Assembly: GCA_001643675.2 (NCBI GenBank)
Contig: LSRY02000007.1
Coordinates: forward strand, 1,364,001 to 1,428,000
Length of the DNA: 64,000 bases
Reading direction: 5' to 3'
Source: Monocercomonoides exilis PA203
Taxonomy: Eukaryota > Protista > Preaxostyla
The notes beneath the pieces were generated by a model. That model searched no databases, had not been told where the DNA came from, and was given only the letters and a program-made list of their open reading frames with translations. Numbering within the stretch: the first letter of the stretch is position 1; each line of letters begins with the position of its first letter. Below, one piece after another: positions 1 to 12,417 of the stretch. The translations under genes were made by a program, and so were the position numbers.

Positions 1-1119
1 TCTCCTTCAGGCTCTTCAAACACTTCAAGCTCTTTAAGCTCTTCAAGCACTTCTCCCGCGTTGGCACAGTGCTTGTCGCCAGCGTCGCCTGCCTCTTTTG
101 CTGCTTCGAAACTTGTTTCTGATGCGAAATTCAGCCATTCCATTTCACAGCAGGATTCTCCGAAGCCTCTTGTACCAATTGATTTTTCGCCTATTGCAGC
201 AGCAAGTGCGGATTCCAATGCTTCGCAGCTGTCGTTCTCTGCTCTTGTGAGTTCTCGAAGAAATCCACAGGAAGGAGAAGAGAAGGTTCTCTTTGAAGGA
301 AAAAGAGATACTTTGAAAGAGATCGAAAAAATAAACGAACAAGAAGAGAAAAGAAATAAAAGAAGATTTTCTGATGATAAACAGATGGACAGAAATGAAG
401 GAAAAATTGAGGTGAGAAAAATGATTGATTCAGAAGAGAAGGAAAAAACAAGTGAAGAAAGAAATAAAGAGATTCCTATGAAAAAGAATAATGATTATGA
501 AGATAAAGGCGCTTTGTTAGGAATGCATTCACCAGGAATCTGTAATGAAGAATTAAACAAAGAAGAAGAAGAAGAAGAAAAACTGAAAGAAGAAATTAAG
601 CTGAAGCAGTCTTTGTTTGTTCGAGATGAAAGTGGGGTGATTGATTTCTGTTCTCTAATGGAGCATCCGCTATATATTCAACAGCATTCACACAATGAAC
701 AATTTTTTGATGTTTCTTCGCATGAACTGTCTTCAAAGAACGATCAAAATCATTCTTCTGCTGCACCTTCTAGCTTCGAATCAGCATTTCATCCACCTTT
801 TGCAAGAGTTGCTGGAATTCCGTATTCAACTTTGCCTTTTTTCACTTCACAAAATTATGTTGGATTGCATTCACAATCATCATCTATATCTTCTCAATCG
901 GTTCCTTTGGCTAATCATTCTGTATTTCCTTCAGCAGAAACTGATAAAAATAATTCACCAATAAGTTCAATGTTCACAGATGGATTGGATAAGCAATTGA
1001 ATGTTGATAAAACTGAAGGAAAACAAATTGAATTTGACAAAGGCACTTCTTTTTCTTCATTTTCTTCATTTTCTGACTTGTTTGAAACTGTGCAAGCACA
1101 TTTTGATTCTTTTGGTTGA
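1..1119 (+). CDS. 3' part of a low-complexity (Ser-rich, charged) protein of unknown function; 5' end lies outside the window
   Basis: Frame 1 is open from base 1 (SPSGSSNTSS...) through the listed ORF to TGA at 1117-1119. No recognisable domain. Confidence 0.7.
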   Translation, partial: SPSGSSNTSSSLSSSSTSPALAQCLSPASPASFAASKLVSDAKFSHSISQQDSPKPLVPIDFSPIAAASADSNASQLSFSALVSSRRNPQEGEEKVLFEGKRDTLKEIEKINEQEEKRNKRRFSDDKQMDRNEGKIEVRKMIDSEEKEKTSEERNKEIPMKKNNDYEDKGALLGMHSPGICNEELNKEEEEEEKLKEEIKLKQSLFVRDESGVIDFCSLMEHPLYIQQHSHNEQFFDVSSHELSSKNDQNHSSAAPSSFESAFHPPFARVAGIPYSTLPFFTSQNYVGLHSQSSSISSQSVPLANHSVFPSAETDKNNSPISSMFTDGLDKQLNVDKTEGKQIEFDKGTSFSSFSSFSDLFETVQAHFDSFG

Positions 1120-1801
1120 AATTCATTCGTGCTTACGTGAAGAAAAATTAATTTAGAAATAGAGAAAGAAATTATTATTTCATGAATATGTGGATATAAA
1201 GCAGATTTATGCAATATAATTTATGACAAATGTTGGTTTTTTGCTTTTTTTCACCAAATTCTTTCAAATTTTTATGTTGTTTCAAAAAAAGTATGTGATT
1301 GTTCATTTTTGAGTTAATCTTTTCGTTCAAGTTTTGTTCAAACTACTTTTCTCAATTTAAAAGTCATTCTTTTCTTCAAAATAGAAGATTTTTTTATCAT
1401 TTTCAAGCTCCTACGAAAATTTTTTGGATTTGTTGCATTAAGAAAATGTTATTGATCAAAGCTCATACAAAAGAATGTTATAAAGGGGAATAAGCCACAT
1501 CGTTTTTTTGTTTGAAAACATAATTTGAAAAGTGGGATTGTTCTTTTACGTGCAACCAGACATGTTTCTTTTATCAAATTGTCCAAAAAGAAATATAGTC
1601 AGCAAACTAATAAAAAATGTCATTCTCAGTATTTATTGCGTAATTGTTTAGCAAAAGATTCATATTTCTAAATTCACTTTTATGTTCAAAACCCATTAAT
1701 AAAATTATTTTTGACAGGAAATGTAAATTTCATGTGATTTCTAACTGTAAAAAAACTGTATAATGATGCATTTTAATTAGCTCACCTAGTATTGCGTTAA
1801 C

Positions 1802-4800
1802 ATGCTATCTAAGATACTTTTTGTACTTATACTTTTATTTGAAAGTAAAACTCATGAAAAACCTGTCTCATGTGAGAATATGCCTTTAACGTTGAACTCT
1901 CAAGTGTTTAAGCATTCAAGCTCAAAACTTAGAGTAAAGCTGACTCTTAATTGCCCACATGATTATTCTTTTCATTCTGTTTTCATTGCTCTTCCAAAAG
2001 GTATTCAACATAAAAAATCCATTTGAAATTTTTTGATATCAACTATTTTTTACAATTTTGTTTAGACGAACCTTCATTCACTATTGCAAAGCCATCATTA
2101 AAAGAAGCAGGCCTTTTGTATTTGAAGGGAAAGGCACATGAATATTCTCGTTTGAGAAATTAAAAATTGATTTTAAAAGCAAACTTATTTCCAAATTATA
2201 ATAGAAATTGGGATCATTCCAGAAACTCCTATGGATGCTGCTATCTTTCTCCAACAAACAAGCTCTGATAAAACTGAATTTCAATTCTATATTCGCTCAG
2301 CTGGCAAGCCTTTCAAGGGAAAGAATAGCGAAATCGTTTGTATTTATTTTAGAATTTCAACCACATTAAGACGTTTTTCATTTTTCACATCTGTGCTACT
2401 CTTCGCGCTTTTTCAAATTTAAAATTGTTTAGAAAATTGCAGTTGCATTGGTTCATCCAACAGAAGCACCAAAAATGCTCTACAGCACAATTGCTTTAAA
2501 GCATGGAAAGGTCTTTAGTCATTTTCTGAATTTAAAGAATTTTAGAAATAAAAATATTTTCACGATGAATGCTCCTTTTTAGAAAGTTGCACAAACTGTT
2601 TCCCCACAAATTAAAAATGTTGTGCTTCCTCTTCAAGCTAACGTTGAAGACGATGACGACGATGCACAACCTATCTACAGCTTCAGCGGGATGGTTCTTG
2701 CAGAAGGAGAAAAGACTGCAATTTCAACATCTTCTCAACCCGCTTCATCTGTTTCTCTCAAGCCTGTTGCCGGATGCAGCGTCGATGTGATTGTGAATGC
2801 AAGCTTCCTGATCTCCACAGTTACGGATAACGCAGGACGCTTCACTGTTTCCATTTCGGAAGAAACGCTCGGACTTACAGACGGAGCTGAGAGATCTGTT
2901 TTGATTCGCGCAACAGACTTTTCTGACAGCAAAGCTCCAATCAGCCAAATCAAAGAAGTCAAAGTTCCAAAGGCTTCAAAAGGAAAAGACCTGTCAATTC
3001 AACCATTTGTTGTTCTGTCTCTGCCATCATCTCAGAAAGATGCAGCAGAAGCCCATTCTCGCCCTCTGCAGGCCACTCCCTGCACCACTGAAGCAGTGAC
3101 TGTGTCGCTGTGCTACAGCTGTGCCGCTGACGAATGCACCACATTCCCAGCTGGAACAGCTCCAACAACCCAAATTGCTGGGAGAACTGTTACCCTCACT
3201 AGAACCGACGGCACAGCCGATGATCCGACAGATTACACTGAAACAACAACTGCTGATGGTGTGGCTTCTTTTGCAGCAGTCTGCGTTGGTACATACACAT
3301 TGAACATTAACGGTGTTGGCGACGAGCCAAACACAACAGAGACGATTACGGTGGCTGCAAACGATTCCAACGATTTGCAGGTGTATCTTACAAACGCAAC
3401 ATTTTGCGTTTCAACAGTGAGCGGAGTTGTCTGCTTGGACTGTGAAGGCACAGGAGCATGCACCAACGAATCAGAAGGCATTTCAGGTGCAACTGTACAG
3501 GTATTATCTGCAGCTGGACCAAACAACACGTTCACAACCGGAACTAACGGAGAGTTCACATTCAATGTTACTTCTCCATTCACTGGAACACTGAATGTTA
3601 CTGTTCCATGCGCTGCTGATGAGAACGGAACATCACCACAAAACTTCTCAGTTGACTTGACTGATCTCGAACCACTGACAAATTACACAGAATCATTCCC
3701 TGTGGAATGCTACGACGACTGCTATGTTGCTCCGACTGTTAACTTTACTGTTTCTTTCTGCCTTGACTGCGCTGAAAATGGATCGTGCAACCCAACAGGA
3801 GACGATGCAGCCGGTGCTTTTGACGGCTTAAACGTTGTTCTCACAACACCGACAAATGGCACAGCCAACATCACTTCTGTGGCAATTGCACCAATTACTG
3901 ATGATGCAGCAGATCTCGAAAACGTTACCATTGGCGAATACGATCTGTACATCTCTCCATACCCAACCACTAACGATACTGGGCTGCATTACGTTCGCAG
4001 AATTAATGTAACAGAAGACATGGGCGAAGAGCCCGAGGATCTGCAGGACATTCCAGTCTTCAAGAGAGACGCTTGCTTGGAACCACCAGTCATTCAAGGA
4101 ACTGTGTGCTACGACTGCTACCAGAACGGAACATGCACATTACCCGCAGCAAATCTGACTGTTACAGCATTCAACTACGACACAAATGAAACCTTCAATG
4201 CAACTACAGACGAGCAAGGTAGATTTAACTTGACTGTTAATTCAAGCGGAATATACAACGTAAGTGTCGAAATTGCCCTTTGCAACAACACAGAGGAAGA
4301 AACAGGAGACGATGAAGCAAGAGGCGCAGACTCAGTGAACATTACAGTCAATCTGAACTCCACTGTTACACGCAACTACACAGTTGACCTTCATCCATTC
4401 TGTAATTCACAGTGCTACACACCAGTGTTTGGATGTGTCTATTGCGATCTTTACCAAAATGGAACCAACGAAACCTGCAACGGTGAGGGATTCCCCGACG
4501 TCAGAATTGAGATATTTGATGAAGATGGCACCAGCGTTGCTGAAACAACAACTGATGAAGATGGAGTGTATACATTTGATGGAATTCTTCCAGGAAACTA
4601 CACAATCGTTGCTTATGATGTTCCCGATTGCAGCGAACTCCCTTCACTCCGTGGCTTGGTTGCACAAACATTGACAAGAAATGTTACAATTACTGGAGGT
4701 GAACCTTACATAAACGCTTCGTTTGCCGTGTACGAAACAAATCTTCCTGGGTTCATTTCCGGTTTTGTGCGTGTCCGAGCCACAATCAATACGTCCAACT

Positions 4801-6032
4801 CGAGTGCCATTCCTGTCAGTCTCAATAACCTGAACTGTGCCTGCTCTGGCAATGGCACATATCCTCCAGTTCCACCGCCACCACCCTGTGGATTCGGAGG
4901 ACCAATCAACAGCAGTATTGGCTTTGACGACTTCTGGCGCGAATGGCTTGAACGCAATGGATGGAACCAAACAGGACCCAGTCAAAATGCTTCTGATCCC
5001 GTTTTCCCACCTAATCCTCCTCCTAGACCTCCATGTGGATGCGCACGCAGAAGGCGCGAGAGAGAACAAGCTGAAGCAGATAACAATCAACAGCAGACAA
5101 CTATCATAACTACCACTACAACTTCAACAAGAGGCGCACCAAGAACAAGAACTGTTACACCAACTGCAGCTCCAGAATCTAATGTCCGTGTTTTGAAGGC
5201 CAAGAACCAATTTGGCATGCCATTTGTTTCTCCTGCTTTGGATTCCTTCTTCTGGCCACCTCCACCATCTCCATGCCCACCACCGCGTCCTCCGACACCT
5301 TATCCTCCAATTCCTCCTCGTCCAAGTCCAGGAAATTGCACATGTGCTGGAAATGTGACAATTAACGCAACAATTAACTTGACAATTCCAGCTTCTGGCG
5401 GAAATGCCACACTTTACAGAGATGATGATGGAACCGGAAACGTTGTGAATGGAACTCAGACAGTTCCTTTGGTTGGAGGTGCATTCAACTTTACTGATCT
5501 GAGACCAGGCACAGGATACAGACTGAACATCAGCCTGCCTGAGGGAACAGTTGTTGATATTGATGATTCAGTAATCCCAGATTCAATGCTTCCAGTTCTT
5601 GAGGTTACGAATCCTGGAGAGCCCGTTCAAGTCGTCTTTGGGCCAATGACTATTAATGATACAACTGGCGAAGGAATTGAAGGATTGTTGTTGTCAGTTG
5701 TTAGTGATGAACTTACAGTTGGAGTGGATGCAGTTATTGTTGATGCAACAATTTCTGGCGTAAGTGCAAATAATACAAACTCAACAAATACAACAATTCC
5801 AGGAAACACAACAGGACTTGTTTCAAGATCATATGTCAAGCCAAATAAACAAACCAAACGTGTTGAAGAACCACCAAAGGCGAAAGTTCAACGTATCAAT
5901 CCAAAGAAAACAAAAATTGCCAAATTGAAGGAAGCAAAAGCAGTGAAACCTCAGCCAGCAAAAACTGGCCCACCAAAGGCACGTGTTGTAAAAATTGCAA
6001 ATATCAGAAATAGTAAGCACAATAGAAGTTAA
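1802..6032 (+). CDS. Secreted ~1,313-aa protein with ~6-7 SdrD-B/Cna-B (prealbumin-like fold) repeats, a Pro-rich insert and a basic C-terminal tail
   Basis: Exons 1802-2000, 2066-2149, 2205-2335, 2433-2510 and 2583-6032 join in frame via GT-AG introns. Signal-peptide-like start MLSKILFVLILLF. Repeats include SGVVCLDCEGTGACTNESEGISGATVQV and AETTTDEDGVYTFDGILPGNYTIV. Many N-x-T/S sequons. Confidence 0.8.
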
Positions 6033-6456
6033 AATTGAAGCGGATGATTTTGATATTTCTGTTCATTTTGCCTCAAAAAATTTCAATTTACATATAATAA
6101 ATAATTCAATTTAATTGAATTTCCATTCACACAAACACCTGTTCATCTTTTTCTCTGCGCTTCTTTTTTTGAAACAAAACACTTGATTTTGACGATGAAT
6201 TATTTTTTTGAAACCCTGAAAAGATTTTTTTGATAAAAAAATTCAAAATCATTGATCCAACCATCAACTAATTTTCTCAATAAGAAATTTTGTTTTTGAA
6301 TTGAGAGCATTACACTGAAAATATCAGAAGAAATTTTTATTTTAAAAAAATACTTGATTCTTTACAAAAGCATTGTACGAATTTTTCTTGGTATTTTGAT
6401 ATTATTGCACTTTTTTTACTAAATATTGCTTTTAATTCACTACTAAAAGTATTCAG

Positions 6457-7934
6457 ACAACATTGAAGAGCCCAAAGCAACATACATAAATGAATGGTTT
6501 TTTATATGTTTTGTGTCGTTCATTATTATGTGTTATATTCAAAAATCCATCAATTTTCATTATTAGTGCAACACTCATTGATTTCAGCTGATCCTTTATC
6601 TGATGATCCTGCTTTAAATTTTTTCTTCTCTCCCTCTTATTTTGGTGGAAGTGAAATGCTTGTATGCGCATTTTCTAGAATCTTTTTTCATTTAGTGTTT
6701 CTTTAGAGTGGTCGTTTTTCTTACTGGGCAGATCTTATTCCTTTTTTAACATTAAAAGAGCAGTGCATGATTGGAACAAGGGCCATAGATTCGCTCATGA
6801 AACTTTTACTTGTTTGATAAGTTTTTCTTTTATAAGAAAGCAATTAATCAAAAACTGTTTATTAGAAGGACGATTTGGAAGGCTGTCTTGCTGCGGTTAT
6901 ATCATTGTGGTGTGTAATCAATATTTCAATTCGTCTTTCTGAGTTAGGGTTTTTCAATTTTTTTATTTTTATTTTTATATTTATATTTATTTTTATTTTT
7001 TTTCAGTGATTTGTGTATGTGTGATGGAATCCTGCAGACTATAATTATGAAGAAATGTGAAATATCAAGATATTTTTCCCTGATAATGCAACTGCCGGAC
7101 TCATTTAATCCGCGCTATGACAGCAACCTCTGGAAATCCTTCGCTATCAAAAGTGAAGAGCATAATTTAGATTTATCCCTCTCTCAAGAACTTTCCGATT
7201 CGGGAATAAGTTCTTCTCAATCTTTCAAGAAATCTCTTCAACCAACCACAAATTCATCAAAGACTTCTGCTGCTATGAATTTACTGACGATACCAGCGAC
7301 ATTAGAAGGGACCGAAGACAACCCACTTCCGCAGGTATGTGTGGATTCTGTAACGAATCCGCATCATCCAAACCATCTCGTTTCCGTCTCATCTACACCT
7401 TCACTTTATTCATTTGACGCAGATGCTGCTGCGGACACCGCAACTTCAGGCAGCTTCAATTCTTCCTCTTTCACTGCCTCGCCGCTGGCGCTGTCGCCGT
7501 TTGTATTTGAGCAAGGAACGATGACTACTTCTCCGTTCTATTTTCCTCATTCAGCATCTGGTTCTGATACTATGTCAATCTCTCCTTCATACTCATTTTA
7601 TGCTTCTTCTTCCTCAATGCATGATAAAAGTTATCTCAGCCCTGTCATATCTCATCCGGCTGCGCTGTTTCATTCACCTACAGCAACAGTGCCTGCAACA
7701 CCGTTGGCTTCTCCTCCTTTAATTACACTTCACACTATCAAATATGCTATCGCTCACTTTGCTTTCTGCTTTATTAGGATGCGCCCTACTTTTTCTCTCT
7801 TTGCTCAGATTGTTCCAATCGTTCGCATTATATCAAAGGATTCCAATTCGTTCAGTGATAGGGTAGTTCACGTGGCGACAGAAATTATAAGGATATACTA
7901 TCAAAACAAATTGCAACTTTCATTAAGAAGTTGA
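6457..7934 (+). CDS. Multi-exon gene of unknown function (helical segments flanking a Ser-rich insert); start codon not resolved
   Basis: Exons 6457-6507, 6567-6661, 6707-6811, 6866-6909 and 7007-7934 splice in frame into the listed 7011 ORF (...KDDLEGCLAAVISLCDLCMCDGILQ...). Further upstream exons are uncertain. Confidence 0.6.
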
Positions 7935-8190
7935 AGTTTTGATTGAATAGTTTTTACAAAGTAGTTAAAGCTGAATCTAGATTAATCTTTATTTTTATAA
8001 GTGTACAAACATTCTACTCTTACTTGAACTTCTTTACGTTTTATTGTTCTTTTCAATTTTGTTTGTTAGTTCTTCATCAATAATTACCAATTAATTTAAA
8101 AGTGGGCTTTGATCTGAATATTTCTATTTCCGTTTTTAACAATCGAAATAAGCATTTTATTTCATTGCTTGATTGCTATCCAGCATCAAA

Positions 8191-9375
8191 ATGATAACCC
8201 CTCCACCATCATCATTCTCTGAAGATGTTAGTGGGACAATATTTAAGACACTTCCTGAAGTTATATCAAGTAGATATAAACTATTAAAGGTGATTGGCAA
8301 GGGCTCATTTGGTATCTAAGCAAGCGTTCATCTTGTAACTTAACGAATATATTTTTTTCGGTTATTTTAGGATGCGTATTTATCACGGAAAGTTTAGTAT
8401 CAAAAACGATTTATGCAACAAAAGTTGAGGTCTATTTTTTTTTATATTTATTTTTTTGCTTATTATATATTTTGCTTTTCCTGAAAATAGGTATCGAATA
8501 GCGCTTCGCAAAAGCTTAAATATGAGTATCAAAGATACCTTGAATTATATGAAAAAGAAGGATTTCCTAAAGTTAGATATTATTGGACAAATAAAGAATT
8601 TAATGCTTTGGTAATGGAATTCCTTGGACCTTCATTGGAAGACCTCCACAAAAAATTTCATAGGCGATTTTCTATTGTTACAATCAACAAAATTGCCATT
8701 CAACTTATTCAAAGACTTAAAACGCTTCATTCAAATGGATATGTGTGTTATTGTTGTTGAAACAGAATTTTTAAGAATATGCATTTTCATGCTTTCGCTT
8801 GTGTTGCTTCATTAGATCCATCGTGATATCAAACCTGAAAATCTTCTTGTTGGAAATGGGCAATTGAGTAACACAATATTTTTAATAGATTTTGGTTTAT
8901 CAAAAGAATTTCGAGATGCTACAACTCATGCTCACATACAATTTTCTGATAATCACGGAATTGTTGGTACTCTCAGATACATCTCTGTTGTTTGTTTCTT
9001 CAATTTTGAATTATTTTGATTAATGTGAAAATATAATTCAATCTTCGATTTATTGTTGTTGTTGTTGTTGTTGTTGTCCAAAATAAAATGATTTAAATTC
9101 ATTTATATTACTTTCCAACAGAACGTTCACAGAAAAATTGAGCCCACACGTCGCGATGATTTGATTTCTCTATCTTATCTTTTTTCGTACTTTTTTAAAG
9201 GATCTCTACCTTGGCAGTTCGGTAAGAAAATATCTCAGCAAGATAGGAACGAAAAAATTCTGTGTGTCATATTGAAATATATATCTCTTTTTGAAAATTA
9301 GGTTTTTTATTTTTTTAATGAAAGCACTGATATCTGTGATAATCAGTAGCGTTCTTTCTGTTTGAGTTTTTGACA

Positions 9376-9436
<61 letters not shown>

Positions 9437-11431
9437 TATTTTTATTTTTATTTTTTTTTTTTATTTTTTTTTTATAAATTTAAGTAAAAGCAAAGAGAGA
9501 AACGAAAGCAAGCTATTTGAGGGGATGCCACAAGAATATGCACATTATTACGCTTCTGTTTCTTCACTTAAATTTGATCAGGATCCAGATTACGACGGGC
9601 TGATAGAGCCATTCGAAACACTGCTGGCCAGTGTGCCGAAGGAGCAGCAGCTCTTTGATTGGAATGTTTGCCTGTTTACAAATTAATTTTTTTATTTATT
9701 TATTAATTCATTCATTCATTCATTCACTCACTCACTCACTCACTCATTCACTCATTCACTCATTCACTCATTCATTCATTCATTCATTCATTCATTCACT
9801 CACTCACTCATTCATTCACTCATTCACTCATTCATTCATTCATTCATTCACTCATTCACTCATTCACTCATTCATTCATTCACTCATTCATTCATTCATT
9901 TATCCTTTTATCCTTTCATTTTTTTCATTCTCCTATGTTCTCTCCTCCATTCTCTCAGAATCCAACCAAAAACAGTCTTCTCTTTCAGCCACTTTCATCA
10001 ACAGGAAGTCGGCAATCCAACACAGCAGCCAAAACAAACACACAAAACATGTCAAATTTACAGAACACTCCAAACATGTCAAATGTAACAAACATGTCAA
10101 ACTTCGCAACCCCAATTGCAACAGCATCCGCAACAACAGCAACTGCTGGCGCTGCAGCCTTAGAGGCACAAAGGAATGAGCCTGCCAGAAGATTACCTTA
10201 TTCAGCCAATACCTCTTCGCAGGGTTTAACTGGCAGAGGCGAGCAAAGAGAAGCAATGGAGATCAGAAATGGCACATCAAATGCAGAAACTGCGAAAACC
10301 GAAGGGAAAACAGACTCAAAATGGAATGCTGTTCAGTTCAAAGAAGTGCCACGGGCTGCTGTTCAGCCAAGCTCTGGTGTTTCTACAGCAGCTCCTCCTT
10401 CTTCTTTTTCTTCCACTCCTTCCACTTTTTCTTCTTCTTCAACTGCTTCTTCCGCTTCCGTTTCCGCTTCTCCAAGAAATGGCTGGACTCATTTCAAGCC
10501 GTTCATTCCATTCAATCCAATTGGATCACCTGCAACAAGAAGAGTTGAGTCTTCAGCAGACAAAAAGCAGACAGAAGAACTTTCTCATCAGCAACAAGAG
10601 AATCAACAACAGCATCAACATCATCAGAATCAACATAATCAACAGCATCCACCTCAACATTCACCTCAACATTCACCTCATCATCCACCTCATCATCCAC
10701 AGCAATATCAGCAAAGCCAGCAACGCTCACAAGATACCAAAGCAGCAATAATGTCTAGTCCTCCCATTCCAGCCATTCCTTACAGCAGCCCAAACATCAG
10801 CTCACACGCATACACCAATCTTCTTCATCCCCCCTCGAATGGGTCAGACAGGTTTCCTTATGCTTCAGACTCTTCTTTGACGCAAAGAGGGTTGACTTCT
10901 GCACAGCCTGGTGTTGTTCAGCAGCTGCCTTCGCATTTGCCGTTGACTTCTCCTTCGTTCTCTGCGAGCCCATCCATGTCGGTTTCTTCTCCTGCTTCTG
11001 TTATTTTTAATCCTCCTTCATCTCCATCATCATCTTCTTCTTCTTCTTCTTCTTCTTCTTTATCCTCTTCCTCTTCCTCTTCCCCATCACCCTCTCCAAT
11101 AGCTTCTACCCCTCATGCTTCTCCTCCGTTGAGCAACATCTGCTGCAGCCCTCTCTCTGCCTCATTTCCACTCACAGAAAACAACAATTCGTCTGTCAGA
11201 GAAACTGCAAGGGAAACACAGCAACGAATGGGAGAGCATATAAAGCAGGATGATCAAGCTAATCGTTCATGTCAAACTGGTCAAACTTGTCAAACTGATA
11301 CAACTTCTCCTGCTAATCATGCTAATCAAAGTTATCCAGTTGATATTGCTGATTCTACAATGCCTTTAGAACCATCTCCTGCCTCTGCCAGTGCATTCAC
11401 AGCAGCTCCTTCTTCTTCCTCTTCTTCTTCT

Positions 11432-11463
<32 letters not shown>

Positions 11464-12385
11464 CTCTTCTACTTCTGATACTGAATCATCTGCTGATTTC
11501 ATAAATAATGTCAACTCTATTTACAATTTACACACAAGTTCTTCTTCTTCCTCCTCTTCTTCTTCTTCCTCGTCTTCCTCTTCCTCCTCTTCTTCCACCC
11601 CTTCCATTTCAGTTTATTCCTCTTGCCCTTCCGTCAAACGCAACCATTTCATTGACAATTCAGCCATATTCTCCTTCAATTCACACTTTCCATTCATTTC
11701 TGGGGAAGCTTTGAATAATTCTTCGTCTTCCTCTTCTTCTTTCTCTTCTTCTTCTGTCCCTCCTCCTTCTTCTCTTTCTCTTTCTTCGTCTTCTTCTCTT
11801 CAAATCAAACAAGAAAATGAGCCAAAAACAAAAGAAATTGTGAAAGAAGAACATAAAACAGAAGAAATTGAAATTTGCTCAGAAATTGAAACTAAATGTG
11901 GCGATTCGATAGATTCAAGCTTTCCTCTTATGCAATCACCGTATTCTGACAATCAGGAATCAGAACAGTTGCATTTTTGTGAAGATGGGGCAACTTCTTC
12001 TTCTTCTTCCTCTTCTTCCTCTTCTTCTTCCTCTGCCTCTGCCTCTTCTTCTTCTTCTTCTTCAGTTGTTCTGATTCACTCATCTTTGCGTTCAAGTTAT
12101 GTTTCAAATGCTCCTTTATCGTCTTCTTCTTCGTCGTCGTCGTCATCATCATCATCAATTGATGCTCCTTCTTCTTCTTCTTCTTCTTCTTCTTCTTCTT
12201 CTTCTTCTTCTTCTGACTCATCTTCCTCTTCCTCTTCCTCTTCTCATTCATCTGACTCAACAGCACACCAACCAAGCTCAGCCAGTTATATCCAACAATA
12301 CAGTCAAAGTGACTCAGACACAATGCTTCATTCATCACTGCTTGAAGGATCTTCCATTGAAACCTCTTCTTCTTCTTCCTCTTCT

Positions 12386-12417
<32 letters not shown>

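Noticed and set aside
9631-10179. 182-aa HSFI/HSLT-repeat ORF
   Set aside because: It is a translation of the intronic TTCA/CTCA satellite.
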